A DNA stretch of 64,000 nt, from positions 1,088,001 to 1,152,000 of the forward strand of contig CAWBOS010000010.1 in NCBI GenBank assembly GCA_963790475.1, in the 5' to 3' direction. This document shows positions 1-9,489 of the stretch, one piece after another. The notes below the pieces were generated by a model that was given only the letters and a program-made list of their open reading frames with translations, did not search any database and was not told the origin of the DNA. A program made the position numbers and the translations under genes. The DNA is from an uncultured delta proteobacterium (GTDB lineage: Bacteria > Desulfobacterota > RBG-13-43-22). The stretch's first letter is position 1. Every line of letters begins with the position of its first letter.

Positions 1-520
1 ATTTGGACGCGCTATTATTTACGGCCTGGATCATATGACGGGAGATGCCGTCGTCATCATGATGGCTGATGAATCAGACGATTGCAGAGATGTTGTTCGT
101 TACTGGCAGGAACTGAATGTAGGATATGATTGTGTATTTGGCAGCCGTTTTATAAAAGGAGGAGGGACGATTGATTATCCCTGGCTGAAGTATATCTTGA
201 ACCGGTTTGCAAACTTCTTTCTTAAAGTGATATTCCACATTCGTCTTAATGATACAACGAATGCTTGTAAAGCATACCGCCGCGAGGTGATTGATGGATG
301 CCGTCCGCTGATCGCTCCCCACTTCAATCTGACTGTGGAATTGCCGCTCAAGGCCATCGTTCGTGGCTTTACATGGACAGTTATCCCTATCACATGGAGA
401 AATCGCCGGAGTGGAGTGGCCAAACTTAAGATAAAGGAAATGGGAAGCCGCTATCTTTTCATCTGCCTTTACGTCTGGTTGGAGAAGTATCTATCACGGG
501 GTGATTATCGCAAGTGTTAA
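1..520 (+). CDS. GT2 glycosyltransferase, DPM1/polyprenol-phosphate sugar transferase-like (5'-truncated by window edge)
   Basis: The frame is open from the window start (FGRAIIYG...). Motifs MMADESD, VFGSRF and NDTTNACKAYRR. Confidence 0.85.
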   Translation, partial: FGRAIIYGLDHMTGDAVVIMMADESDDCRDVVRYWQELNVGYDCVFGSRFIKGGGTIDYPWLKYILNRFANFFLKVIFHIRLNDTTNACKAYRREVIDGCRPLIAPHFNLTVELPLKAIVRGFTWTVIPITWRNRRSGVAKLKIKEMGSRYLFICLYVWLEKYLSRGDYRKC

Positions 521-956
521 AATGTGATTGTAAAGACATGTGCCTTTGTAGACCTTTTAATTCAAAGCTCTCTCAATAAGAAACCGTTTTCGGTTAAATT
601 CATTTCAAATAATAACCGGGATATTTGCTTATGAATTGGATTCCAACTTCCTCGGAACCACCTTCTTTCGCAGGAGATTTCCAGCCGGAAGTCTCAATTA
701 TCATTCCCTATTATAATTGAGACCCTTGCACAACCGTGCCAAGGTTAGGGGAAAGAAGATTAAGAAGCCAGAAAAAGTTTTATGGGAAGTAGTGTATCAC
801 AACTTCGGCTTACCAACAATGTTGGTTCGCTAGCGGTGTGGGGCCTTCGCCCCCACGCCCCACCACTGACCTTGTCAGTGGATTTGATTAAGAATTAAAA
901 AGACATTCCATAGAATCTGCATTGCCTTGGACGTGGTAAAATTGGCTGGCGACAAA

Positions 957-2348
957 ATGCGAAAAATTTATTTATTTACGATACCCTTCTTGGTGTCTCT
1001 AGGGGTTGCGGCGTTATTCTATCCAGGGTTTATGTCGTATGACACCCTGCATGCGCTTCGCGGTGCAAGAAATGGGGTAACAGATTCAATGTGGCCGCCG
1101 ATGGTTAGTTATGTCTGGCGAGTGGTCGATTTGGTGTCATTTAATCCGTCTGCAATGCATTTTTCACAGGTATTTCTTCTGCTCTTTTCGATTTTTTTTG
1201 TTATCTTTGTTTTTACAACAAAAATAAAATACGCAACAGCATTCCTGTTCATCTATTTAAGCATCCCTGCGGTGCTTGGCACCGTGGCAGTTATTTGGAA
1301 AGACGTTCTGATGGCGGCTTTCCTTCTGGCCGGCTTTGCGGTTATCGTGTCCATGAGGCTTGTAATAAATAGGTTGGGGGTTATTTTCTTATCGCTGCTA
1401 GCAGTGTTTTTAATATTTCTCGGAGTTTGTTCACGGCATAATGCTATTACTGGTGCTGTTCCATTGCTTTTCTACCTTTCACTGGTCGTGTGCTCACGGG
1501 TTTTGAAAAATCCCTTGTATTTATGGCTAGGTGTAATTTTGACAGGATCGATGCTAATTTGCGTGACTTTTGTCACGAAAAGCCAATTAGACAATTACGC
1601 TCTTCCTGGTTTTGTAAAGATAAGCAATAGAAATGATGCATTCATTCAATCAGTGCGAGTTCTTGATGTTGCAGGTGCAAGTTTGTGCGTAGGCAGTAAT
1701 CTTTTTGCCGAGATATCACCCAATTTGTCTCTTGATGAAATTGGCAGTTTGTATGATCCAAAGCATATAAACCTGTCAAGGGGTTTGCTGGCCAGAGTGG
1801 GTGTTGATAACCGGATCAACAAAATATGGCTGGATGTCGCGGTTCATCATCCGATTTGCTTTTTCAACAACAAATTTCAACTAACTAAATATATGGTTGG
1901 CGCTAATAAAGGGGCTCAATTTTTAATTACTGCACCGGCTATTGATAACAATGAATACGGGTACAGTTTGCCGGAATCCTCTCTTCGTGATACAGCCGTC
2001 GCTTACATAATTTACGCTTCTCAATTGTCTTTTTTTAAGCCATGGTTTATATACCTCATCTCTATCGGTTGTTTTGTTTATTTGATTCGAGTTAAGGCAT
2101 TAACGGCAGATCATTTGACCATTTTCCTGTCGGCTTTTTTTTATTTCGCCGGCCTCGCTGTATTTGGAAATGCGGCCGATGCTAGGTTGCTTTTCTATAC
2201 AACAACTGCTCTTTCAATGTTCACGTTTATTTCCATTTTAGAATTCAAAAAGAGGCATAAATATATCCGTCATTCTCGCCGGTGGTCAGGACACACCTAT
2301 CTGCGAGGGAACCACCACTCGACCAAAACCTATGCTGGCGTGCGTTGA
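957..2348 (+). CDS. Polytopic membrane protein, probable GT-C-type glycosyltransferase (lipid-linked sugar donor)
   Basis: About 10 hydrophobic segments, N-terminal YPGFMSYD and IWKD motifs, a large extracytoplasmic loop, and location in the glycan locus. ATG at 957 preferred over TTG at 927. Confidence 0.55.
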   Translation: MRKIYLFTIPFLVSLGVAALFYPGFMSYDTLHALRGARNGVTDSMWPPMVSYVWRVVDLVSFNPSAMHFSQVFLLLFSIFFVIFVFTTKIKYATAFLFIYLSIPAVLGTVAVIWKDVLMAAFLLAGFAVIVSMRLVINRLGVIFLSLLAVFLIFLGVCSRHNAITGAVPLLFYLSLVVCSRVLKNPLYLWLGVILTGSMLICVTFVTKSQLDNYALPGFVKISNRNDAFIQSVRVLDVAGASLCVGSNLFAEISPNLSLDEIGSLYDPKHINLSRGLLARVGVDNRINKIWLDVAVHHPICFFNNKFQLTKYMVGANKGAQFLITAPAIDNNEYGYSLPESSLRDTAVAYIIYASQLSFFKPWFIYLISIGCFVYLIRVKALTADHLTIFLSAFFYFAGLAVFGNAADARLLFYTTTALSMFTFISILEFKKRHKYIRHSRRWSGHTYLRGNHHSTKTYAGVR

Positions 2349-2395
2349 CGACAAGCCTGTTTTGTGGTACATCATGAACACTAACTCATCTTCTG
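2257..2395 (+). pseudogene. rfbF: Degenerate N-terminal remnant of glucose-1-phosphate cytidylyltransferase
   Basis: Frame reads ISVILAGGQDTPICEGTTTRPKPMLACVDDKPVLWYIM, matching VVILCGGMGTRLREETEYKPKPMVEIGGKPVLWHIM of the intact copy at 5799. No start codon precedes the VILAGG motif and homology stops after about 45 codons. Confidence 0.75.
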
Positions 2396-2636
2396 AGGGT
2401 ATCCAATGGAAGGAACCTTTGAATGATAAGCTTACTGCCTTTGGTAGCATTTCTCATAATACCATCTTCAATGCGGTTCATGCTGAGAAATTCACCTTTG
2501 GGCTGTCCATGATATCCTTTTTCAATATGGGATCATTAGGAAAGGTCGAAATAAATGGTTAGTTGTGAATCGGTCTCAGGAAAGAAATCAAAGATATGAA
2601 CCAATATAATAAAATCTAGATACTTGGTCTTGAAAA

Positions 2637-3746
2637 ATGTTTAAAGAAGCATATAATAGGAAAAAGGTTCTGATGACCGGCCACACCGGCTTCAAAGGCT
2701 CCTGGCTGTCCATCTGGCTGAGGGAACTTGGCGCAGATGTCATTGGCTACTCTCTCGCTCCGCCCAGTGAGCCCAACAATTTTGTGGCAACAAGGCTTCG
2801 GGAGAGAATAACTCATATTCATGGAGATATCCGCGATCTCGATCGGCTGATGGAAACTTTTAAAAAATATCAGCCTGAATTTGTCTTTCATCTGGCAGCC
2901 CAGCCCATCGTCCGCCTTTCCTACAAAGATCCGAAACTGACTTTCGACACAAACGTCGGCGGCACGGCCAATGTCCTCGAAGCCGTCCGCAAAACCACCA
3001 GCGTCAAGGTCCTAGTCAATGTCACGAGCGACAAATGCTATGAAAACAAGGAGTGGGTTTGGGGCTACCGGGAAAATGACCTGATGGGCGGCCACGACCC
3101 ATACAGTGCGTCCAAAGGCTGTGCAGAACTCGTTTTTAACTCTTATCTTAAATCTTTTTTCTCCCAGAGCGTCGGGCAAAACAGGTCGATCGGCGCTGCC
3201 TCTGCACGGGCGGGGAACGTCATCGGAGGAGGCGACTGGGGCACGGACCGCCTCGTTCCCGATTGTATCCGCGCCCTGAGCGAACATCAGCCTATCGGAA
3301 TCCGCAATCCTCATGCCATCAGGCCCTGGCAGCACACCCTGGAACCCCTCGGCGGTTACCTGCAGCTCGGTGCCGCCTTATTGAAAGAACCTCAAAGATA
3401 TTCCGGGGCCTGGAACTTCGGTCCCGATGACAGTAGTCATTTGACCGTTTCAGACATGGCTGATGGGTTGATAAAGTACTGGGGCGATGGTTCCTGGGAA
3501 GGCCTCTCCGCCCCACAGTCCCTTCACGAGGCGAAGCTTCTGAAATTGAATTGCGACAAGGCTCATACCTGTCTCAATTGGCACAGCGTCTTCACGTTTG
3601 ACGAATGTTTGCAGATGACAGCGAATTGGTATAAGGAATTTTACTCAGGACCCCAGACAAAAGACATGTATCAATTCTGCCTGATGCAAATCCGTGAATA
3701 TGAGAAAAAACAAAAAAAGGTAAATCATGACTACATCCCCTCCTGA
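2637..3746 (+). CDS. rfbG: CDP-glucose 4,6-dehydratase
   Basis: Motifs TGHTGFKGSWL, HLAAQP, TSDKCYEN, DPYSASK, RAGNVIGGGDW and RPWQH. Confidence 0.95.
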   Translation: MFKEAYNRKKVLMTGHTGFKGSWLSIWLRELGADVIGYSLAPPSEPNNFVATRLRERITHIHGDIRDLDRLMETFKKYQPEFVFHLAAQPIVRLSYKDPKLTFDTNVGGTANVLEAVRKTTSVKVLVNVTSDKCYENKEWVWGYRENDLMGGHDPYSASKGCAELVFNSYLKSFFSQSVGQNRSIGAASARAGNVIGGGDWGTDRLVPDCIRALSEHQPIGIRNPHAIRPWQHTLEPLGGYLQLGAALLKEPQRYSGAWNFGPDDSSHLTVSDMADGLIKYWGDGSWEGLSAPQSLHEAKLLKLNCDKAHTCLNWHSVFTFDECLQMTANWYKEFYSGPQTKDMYQFCLMQIREYEKKQKKVNHDYIPS

Positions 3747-5055
3747 ACTCATCCGCGCACAGATCCTCGACCTTGTCAGGCAGTATCATAAAGCGAAATT
3801 CGCCTCCAAAACCTTCGAGCCGGATAAGGAACTGGTCCACTATGCTGGCCGGGTGTTCGATGCGGAAGAGGTCGTGAATCTGGTCGATGCTAGCCTGGAT
3901 TTTTATCTGACCGCCAACCGTTACGCCGAACGCTTCGAAGCGGAGTTCGCCGACTATCTCGGCTTATCCAACGCCCTGCTCGTGAATTCCGGATCCTCCG
4001 CAAATCTGGTGGCCTTAACTTCCCTTACTTCTCCGAAGCTCAAGGATCGTCATCTCAAACCTGGCGATGAAGTCATTACCACCGCCTGCGGTTTCCCCAC
4101 AACGCTGAATCCCATTCTCCAAAACCAATTGGTTCCGGTATTCGTCGATGTCAACCTCGGCGACTATACCGCCATCCCCGAAAGGCTTGCCTCCGCCATC
4201 GGTCCGAAGACGAAGGCCATTATGATGGCTCACACGATGGGGGTTCCCTTCCATCTCGACGCCGTCATGGGCCTCGTAAAAAAGCACAACCTGTGGCTTA
4301 TCGAGGACAATTGCGATGCCCTTGGATCAACCTACCGGGATAAACTAACAGGCTCATACGGCCACCTTTCCACTTTTTCCTTCTACCCCGCCCATCATAT
4401 CGCGATGGGGGAAGGCGGCTGCGTGATTACTGACGATGATGAACTCGCCCGAATCGCCCGTTCCATCCGGGATTGGGGCCGAGACTGTTACTGCGCCGGG
4501 GGTGAAAACAACACATGCGGGAAGCGTTTCGGTCAGCATTTCGGTGACCTGCCCTTCGGTTATGACCACAAATATGTCTACAGCCACATCGGCTATAACC
4601 TCAAAGTAACAGACATGCAGGCCGCCGTCGGTTGCGCCCAGCTTCGGAAACTTGAGCAATTCATCGACAGGCGCAAGGAGAATTTTCGGAAACTCACACA
4701 GATTCTGAAACCCTGCGAAGACCGCCTCATCCTTCCCAGCGCCACGGAGAACTCCGATCCCTCCTGGTTCGGATATGTCATCACGGTGAAAGATCAGGCC
4801 GGTTTTACCCGCAACGACCTGACCACATTTCTGGAAACCAATCGCATCGAAACCAGAAACCTCTTCAGTGGCAATCTACTATGTCATCCAGCATATCAGA
4901 AAATCCCCCATCGCATTTCCGGGGATCTGAGGAACACAAATATCATCATGAACAACACCTTCTTTATCGGTGTGTATCCTGGGATCGATGACAAGCGACT
5001 GAACCATATCAAGGCCGTGTTCGATCAATTCATGGCTGGGGAACGTGTATCGTAA
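3727..5055 (+). CDS. rfbH: CDP-4-keto-6-deoxyglucose 3-dehydratase (E1, DdhC/AscC)
   Basis: NSGSSANL, EDNCDALG, FYPAHHI (His in place of the PLP lysine), WGRDCYC...NNTC Fe-S cysteines, and GYDHKY. Confidence 0.95.
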   Translation: MTTSPPELIRAQILDLVRQYHKAKFASKTFEPDKELVHYAGRVFDAEEVVNLVDASLDFYLTANRYAERFEAEFADYLGLSNALLVNSGSSANLVALTSLTSPKLKDRHLKPGDEVITTACGFPTTLNPILQNQLVPVFVDVNLGDYTAIPERLASAIGPKTKAIMMAHTMGVPFHLDAVMGLVKKHNLWLIEDNCDALGSTYRDKLTGSYGHLSTFSFYPAHHIAMGEGGCVITDDDELARIARSIRDWGRDCYCAGGENNTCGKRFGQHFGDLPFGYDHKYVYSHIGYNLKVTDMQAAVGCAQLRKLEQFIDRRKENFRKLTQILKPCEDRLILPSATENSDPSWFGYVITVKDQAGFTRNDLTTFLETNRIETRNLFSGNLLCHPAYQKIPHRISGDLRNTNIIMNNTFFIGVYPGIDDKRLNHIKAVFDQFMAGERVS

Positions 5056-5796
5056 ATGGCCACCCCGCAGAAACTCCGTTGCCGAATTAAGAGAATCACC
5101 AATCACGGTGATCACGTCTATACCGTTGATCTTGCGCCAGAGCGGCTAGTCCCCCGCTTCAAACCCGGCCAGTTCCTCCACCTGGCGCTCGATGAGTATG
5201 ATCCCAGCGGTTTTTGGCCCGAATCCCGTATCTTCTCCATCGCCAGTTCTCCTACCCAGAGGGATGACCCGAGGATCTCCTATTCCGTCAGAGGACGTTA
5301 CACCGCCCGTATGGAGAATGAACTTCATGAAGGCCGTATGGTATGGGTGAAGCTCCCCTATGGGGACTTCTTCATTCGGGATGGAAACAATGTGGCGCTG
5401 CTGGCTGGCGGCACAGGCATAACTGCATTCGTCGCTTTCATCGATGGACTTACTAATAAATTTCATAACAACATCTTCTTAGCCTATGGCGCCCGCAAGC
5501 CGGAACTTTTGCTTTATCGGGACTTAATCGACGCCAAGGTAGGCACCAATAACGGCTTTCGTGCTTTTTACTTCGTAGAGACTAAAGATAAGAATAAAAG
5601 CGACAAAACCCGTTCACAATCAACGGGATTCTTCACAGGGCGCCTGTCCCTTGAGGGGATCTGGGACAAGTTGGCAAATCCTCAAAAAACAACCTTTTAC
5701 ATGGCCGGCCCCCCCGCGATGATCCAAGTTTTGACCGGAAGCTTGCTAAACAAAGATATTTCACCGGAAATGATCAAAATAGACGCCTGGGAGTGA
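5056..5796 (+). CDS. FAD/NAD(P)H ferredoxin-reductase-like oxidoreductase, probable E3 (DdhD/AscD-like) partner lacking the [2Fe-2S] domain
   Basis: Motifs FKPGQF, RIFSIAS, LLAGGTGI and YMAGPPAM. Starts immediately after the rfbH stop. Confidence 0.75.
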   Translation: MATPQKLRCRIKRITNHGDHVYTVDLAPERLVPRFKPGQFLHLALDEYDPSGFWPESRIFSIASSPTQRDDPRISYSVRGRYTARMENELHEGRMVWVKLPYGDFFIRDGNNVALLAGGTGITAFVAFIDGLTNKFHNNIFLAYGARKPELLLYRDLIDAKVGTNNGFRAFYFVETKDKNKSDKTRSQSTGFFTGRLSLEGIWDKLANPQKTTFYMAGPPAMIQVLTGSLLNKDISPEMIKIDAWE

Positions 5797-5798
5797 AT

Positions 5799-6608
5799 AT
5801 GAAAAATGAAAGCAGTAAGAATATCCCCGTTGTAATTCTCTGCGGTGGCATGGGGACCCGTTTGCGGGAAGAAACAGAGTACAAACCCAAACCGATGGTG
5901 GAAATCGGAGGAAAACCGGTCTTGTGGCACATTATGAAGCACTATGCCCATTTCGGTTTTCGTAGGTTTATTCTATGCCTGGGCTACAAAGGGAGCGTCA
6001 TAAAAGAATATTTTCTCAACTATGAGGCAATGAGTAATGACTTCACCATCAACTTAGGAAAAGGAGATCATCTGGCATACCAGAGTAACCATACCGAGCA
6101 GGATTTTAATGTAACCCTTGTGGATACCGGATTGGCGTCGATGACGGGCGGCCGGGTCAAACGGATTGAAAAGTTCATCGATACTGGAACCTTCATGGTG
6201 ACCTACGGAGACGGCCTCGCAAATATTAACATCAATGATCTCGTGGCCTTTCATCAAAGTCATGGCAAACTTGCAACCCTCACAGCAACACGTCCTCCAT
6301 CGCGATTTGGAATTCTTGAATTGACGAAAGATAATCAGGTAAAGCAGTTCCGCGAGAAAGTGCAAACGGAATGGATCAACGGGGGCTTTTTGGTATTCAA
6401 TCGTCGTGTTTTTGATTACCTGGATCCAGATTGTACTTTAGAGCGTGAGCCAATGGAAAAACTGACTGCTGAAAAACAACTGATGGCTTTCCGGCACGAA
6501 GGATTCTGGATCGGCATGGACACATACCGCGAATATGAAATGCTGAACCAAATGTGGGATACAGGGAATGCCCCCTGGAAGTTCTGGGGCGGTGCATCAG
6601 GTATATGA
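5799..6608 (+). CDS. rfbF: Glucose-1-phosphate cytidylyltransferase
   Basis: Motifs ILCGGMGTRL, PKPMVEIG, MTGGRVK, TYGDG and WINGGF. Confidence 0.95.
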   Translation: MKNESSKNIPVVILCGGMGTRLREETEYKPKPMVEIGGKPVLWHIMKHYAHFGFRRFILCLGYKGSVIKEYFLNYEAMSNDFTINLGKGDHLAYQSNHTEQDFNVTLVDTGLASMTGGRVKRIEKFIDTGTFMVTYGDGLANININDLVAFHQSHGKLATLTATRPPSRFGILELTKDNQVKQFREKVQTEWINGGFLVFNRRVFDYLDPDCTLEREPMEKLTAEKQLMAFRHEGFWIGMDTYREYEMLNQMWDTGNAPWKFWGGASGI

Positions 6609-6657
6609 GAGGGTTTATCTCCCGGAAGTTCGAAAGCCAACATCAGGACAACAGTTA

Positions 6658-8376
6658 ATGATAGTTTCAGATTTCATTGCCGACTTTCTTTATAATCAGG
6701 GAGTCACCTATGCTTATGAAGTAATAGGCGGCATGATAACTCGCTTGGTGGACTCGGTTCATCGACAAGGTAAAATTAAATTGATTAGTGTTCACCATGA
6801 GCAAGCGGCTGCATTTGCCGCAGATGCTATGGGACGCCTTACAGGAATTCCAGGTGTTGCAATGGCCACCAGTGGACCCGGAGCAACTAATTTATTGACC
6901 GGTATCGGAAGTTGTTATTTTGATTCTGTGCCGGCCATCTTCATTACAGGACAGGTAAATCGTCGTGAACAGAAGGGCGGCCGACTGATCAGACAATTGG
7001 GGTTTCAAGAGACGGATATTGTGACGATGGCAAAACCGATAACAAAAGCCGCTTGGCAAATCAATGAACCCGGTCAAGTTCCCCAAATCATGCAGCAAGC
7101 GTTCTTTTTGGCTATATCGGGACGCCCTGGCCCTGTGTTGCTGGATATTCCGATGGATGTCCAGGGCGCAGAAATTAATGGGGTCGCTCCCATTGCGTTA
7201 ACTGTCGAGGTATTACCAACCCCACCATTAAAGCTATTTGAGGATATCTTATGTCAGCTGAGTGTGGCACAAAGACCAGTGGTTCTGGTAGGTGGGGGCA
7301 TTCGTTCTGCCAATGCAGTACACTTACTACGTCAGTTTGTTGATATTGTTCAAATCCCTGTCGTGAATTCACTCTTAGCGGTAGATGTTCTGCCATATCA
7401 ACATCCTTTGCGAATAGGTTTACTAGGTACCTATGGAAACCGCTGGACAAATCTGGCAGTTGGTAGAACAGATTTCCTTTTGGTTCTCGGCAGTCGTCTG
7501 GATATTCGCCAAACTGGATCGGATGTCGCTTCTTTTAAAGCAGATCGTGTCGTTTATCATGTTGATATTGAAGAATCTGAGATAAACAATCGTCTGAAAG
7601 GATGCAACCCGGTCTTATTACATCTGCATGCATTCCTTACCACCTTAGTGGAACTTGTTTCAAAAAGGCATTGGAAAGAACGAAAAGATTGGATTTCTGA
7701 AATTCAAGATTTGCGTAAAAAATGGCCCGATACGCGTGAGGGGCAAGACGTTATAGATATAAATCCGAATGTATTTATGCATGAACTGTCGCGATATTCC
7801 AAACTGGCGTCTGTTTATGCCGTGGATGTTGGGAATAATCAGATGTGGGCAGCCCAATCTTTGGAATTAGAACCATATCAAAGGTTTCTGACATCTGGAG
7901 GTATGGGAGCGATGGGTTTCGCTCTTCCTGCGGCTGTCGGTGCAAGTCTTGCGACAGGCAAGCCCGTGGTCATGATTGCTGGTGATGGGGGTATGCAGTT
8001 GAATATACAAGAGCTTGAAACGATCGCCCATCATAAGCTGCCGATTAAGATGGTGATTTTGAATAATAGGTCGTTGGGTATGGTAAGGCAATTTCAACAG
8101 AGCTATTTTGGCGAGCGTTATCCCTCAACTTATTGGGGCTATTCTGCACCCGATTTTGCTGCCGTAGCAAACGCTTACAAGATTGAAAGTCAAACTGTAA
8201 CAGATTGCCAATCCCTTCAGTTAGCTCTTAAAAAAATGTGGCAGAATCCGCAAGCGCCTTTCTTGTTACAAGTATTCGTTGATGTTTCCACAAATGTCTA
8301 TCCCAAAATCGCGTTTGGGCATCCTATGACCGAGATGGAGCCTTTTGCCAAACCGCAGAAGATGGAAGGTACATAA
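6658..8376 (+). CDS. ThDP-dependent acetolactate-synthase-like enzyme, YerE-like sugar branching enzyme
   Basis: HHEQAAAFAA, TSGPGATN and the GDGG...NN ThDP motif. Embedded in the CDP-dideoxysugar operon. ATG at 6658 is the likely start. Confidence 0.85.
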   Translation: MIVSDFIADFLYNQGVTYAYEVIGGMITRLVDSVHRQGKIKLISVHHEQAAAFAADAMGRLTGIPGVAMATSGPGATNLLTGIGSCYFDSVPAIFITGQVNRREQKGGRLIRQLGFQETDIVTMAKPITKAAWQINEPGQVPQIMQQAFFLAISGRPGPVLLDIPMDVQGAEINGVAPIALTVEVLPTPPLKLFEDILCQLSVAQRPVVLVGGGIRSANAVHLLRQFVDIVQIPVVNSLLAVDVLPYQHPLRIGLLGTYGNRWTNLAVGRTDFLLVLGSRLDIRQTGSDVASFKADRVVYHVDIEESEINNRLKGCNPVLLHLHAFLTTLVELVSKRHWKERKDWISEIQDLRKKWPDTREGQDVIDINPNVFMHELSRYSKLASVYAVDVGNNQMWAAQSLELEPYQRFLTSGGMGAMGFALPAAVGASLATGKPVVMIAGDGGMQLNIQELETIAHHKLPIKMVILNNRSLGMVRQFQQSYFGERYPSTYWGYSAPDFAAVANAYKIESQTVTDCQSLQLALKKMWQNPQAPFLLQVFVDVSTNVYPKIAFGHPMTEMEPFAKPQKMEGT

Positions 8377-8410
8377 TGTGGGATGCCGGCACTATTTCCG
8401 CTAAGGTGGT

Positions 8411-9454
8411 GTGAGCACTTTGACTAATCCAATTGTCCAGGAAGATATTGAATTTGTCTTCAAGATAGTTGGAAGCGATCTTAACCGCTTACAAGGCAAG
8501 CGAGTATTGATTACTGGCGGAACGGGTTTCATTGGCACGTGGCTATTGGAAACGATCTCTTGGTTAAATAAAAATTCCAATCGACCATGTAAAGTCTATG
8601 TCCCAACCCGAACCCCTGAGGCATTTGCCCGTAAGGTGCCCCATCTGGCCTCAAATCCTGAAATCGTTTTGTTCTCAGGAGACATAGCCGATTTTAAGTA
8701 TCCAGATGATGACTTTACTTTTATAATTCATGCAGCAGCCCCAGGGGAACCAAGAGTTTTAAATCATGATTCTCTTGGAGTGGCAGAAACCATAGTCAGG
8801 GGAACGCGCCGAGTATTAGAACTGGCCACACAAAAAAATGTTGAAGGGTTTTTATTTGTCAGTTCCGGGGCGGTATATGGGGTGCAACCACCTGATTTGG
8901 AGAGAATTCCTGAGGATTATCTTGGTGCGCCAGATGTTACGAATATCCTGTCGGCGTATGGCGAAGCCAAACGATATGCAGAAATGCTTTGTACCCTATA
9001 CCATCACGTGCATGGTCTCCCTATCCATATAGCTCGCCTCTTTACTTTCGTTGGACCTTACCAGGACCTAAATGCCGGATTTGCAATAACAGATTTTATG
9101 CGTGATGGCCTGTGGGGGAAACCTTTAATGATTCACGGCGATGGGACAACGATGCGTTCATATTGCTATGCTGCAGATTTGACTGCGATGTTATGGAAGA
9201 TCTTGCTGCAAAGTCCTATTGGGCGGGTTTATAATGTGGGGTCGGATGAATCAATATCAATTTTGGAACTGGCCAATAAGGTTGTTTCTTTTCTGGATGC
9301 TCCTGTGGAGACGGTAGTTATGTTGAAACCAGACATGAAATCCAAGCCGGCTCGTTACGTGCCCGACATTGATCGAGGAAAAACAGAATTAGGTATAAAT
9401 ATTTGTACGGATATTGACAGAGCAATTCAACGGTCCCTATCATGGATGAAGTAG
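8411..9454 (+). CDS. NAD-dependent epimerase/reductase (extended SDR), YerF-like
   Basis: Motifs TGGTGFIG, SSGAVYG and YGEAK. Follows the ThDP enzyme. Confidence 0.8.
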   Translation: MSTLTNPIVQEDIEFVFKIVGSDLNRLQGKRVLITGGTGFIGTWLLETISWLNKNSNRPCKVYVPTRTPEAFARKVPHLASNPEIVLFSGDIADFKYPDDDFTFIIHAAAPGEPRVLNHDSLGVAETIVRGTRRVLELATQKNVEGFLFVSSGAVYGVQPPDLERIPEDYLGAPDVTNILSAYGEAKRYAEMLCTLYHHVHGLPIHIARLFTFVGPYQDLNAGFAITDFMRDGLWGKPLMIHGDGTTMRSYCYAADLTAMLWKILLQSPIGRVYNVGSDESISILELANKVVSFLDAPVETVVMLKPDMKSKPARYVPDIDRGKTELGINICTDIDRAIQRSLSWMK

Positions 9455-9489
9455 AGTTATTACAATTATAATCGGGGGCTTTAAAAGTC

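Noticed and set aside
719-885. GAGACCCTTGCA end plus hairpins (GTGGGG...CCCCAC, CCACTGAC-CTT-GTCAGTGG) as an IS element
   Set aside because: No transposase, partner TIR or TSD is visible. At most it is a decayed remnant.
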